Part shown: one piece after another, positions 63,729 through 64,000 of the stretch | Layout: the number at the start of each line of letters is the position of its first letter | Numbering within the stretch: position 1 is the stretch's first letter | Source of the DNA: Acidobacteria bacterium UBA2990 | GTDB lineage: Bacteria > Acidobacteriota > Vicinamibacteria > Vicinamibacterales > UBA8438 | DNA: 64,000 nucleotides | Assembly: GCA_002347025.1 (NCBI GenBank) | Contig: DEAE01000002.1 | Span: 91,544-155,543 of the forward strand | Direction: 5' to 3' | Notes under the pieces: model-generated | Databases searched by the model: none | Seen by the model: only the letters and a program-made list of their open reading frames with translations | What the model was told of the DNA's origin: nothing | Made by a program: the position numbers and the translations under genes

Positions 63729-64000
63729 GTTCCTAGGACAAGTATCCTGTTCACGAGTGCATTAGAGCCGCTAGTTCAAACGATCGTAACGATATTAGCT
63801 CACATCGCTTCGTATCAGCAGCGGATGGACCACGGGGCGGGTAGATGTGAGGCCCTCTGGCGACCAGCTTGGCGACCGTTACCTGTGACCAGGAAACATG
63901 GTCTCTGGCGATCACGGACGATCTCACGCTTGAGTGGGGTTGTCATGTTGGTTGTTCCAGTTTGCCTCTTGGTGGATGGATGTGACCCTACCGGGTGAAT

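Noticed and set aside
1-64000. Search for CRISPR arrays, rRNA/tRNA genes, transposases, integrases, prophage genes and classical defence systems
   Set aside because: I saw no periodic direct repeats, no recognisable RNA gene structures and no recombinase or phage motifs. The search was by eye only, so short or degenerate elements could have been missed.

Overview
64 kb of apparently chromosomal DNA from a moderately GC-rich diderm bacterium. The diderm call rests on an Omp85/BamA-type barrel, a PagL-like protein and many Sec, Tat and lipoprotein signals. All family calls come from motifs I read in the supplied translations or translated myself. No database search was run.

I found no rRNA, tRNA, CRISPR array, transposase or integrase. 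The window is dominated by periplasmic redox functions.

(1) Left edge: a quinohemoprotein amine dehydrogenase (QHNDH) cluster. qhpG-qhpA-qhpD lie on the minus strand and qhpD runs off the edge. qhpF-qhpE are divergent, and a class I cytochrome c lies next to them.

(2) The most striking feature is a three-gene module present three times: 26422-31844 (+), 36591-41854 (+) and 57775-52470 (-). Each copy encodes a ~800-aa protein of the planctomycete DUF1592/DUF1585-1595 type with two CxxCH motifs, a ~450-aa Tat-signal DUF1552-type protein with an invariant PHHPTSHH cluster, and a ~500-aa signal-peptide ankyrin-repeat protein. Each copy is divergently paired with a flavin-related gene: a Tat FAD oxidoreductase, a GMC oxidoreductase, or the F420 FO synthase fbiC.

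(3) A putative metal-regulated island at 42.0-49.6 kb is marked by four copies of a Fur-like 7-1-7 operator (TGAGACT-N-AGTCTCA). It encodes a TolB-like lipoprotein, a small DnaJ-type zinc-finger membrane protein, a secreted protein built from four CbiX-like chelatase-fold domains, a PepSY membrane protein, a PQQ-like propeller and a tiny Tat-signal Asp/Ser-rich protein.

(4) Other notable items:
- a decayed PQQ dehydrogenase gene (in-frame TGA where Trp is expected, plus an N-terminal deletion and frameshift);
- a divergent RelA/SpoT-fold protein;
- a neutral ceramidase plus alkaline-ceramidase-like pair;
- a coupled lipid-headgroup trio at the right edge.

Start codons were re-picked where the ORF track was clearly over-extended.
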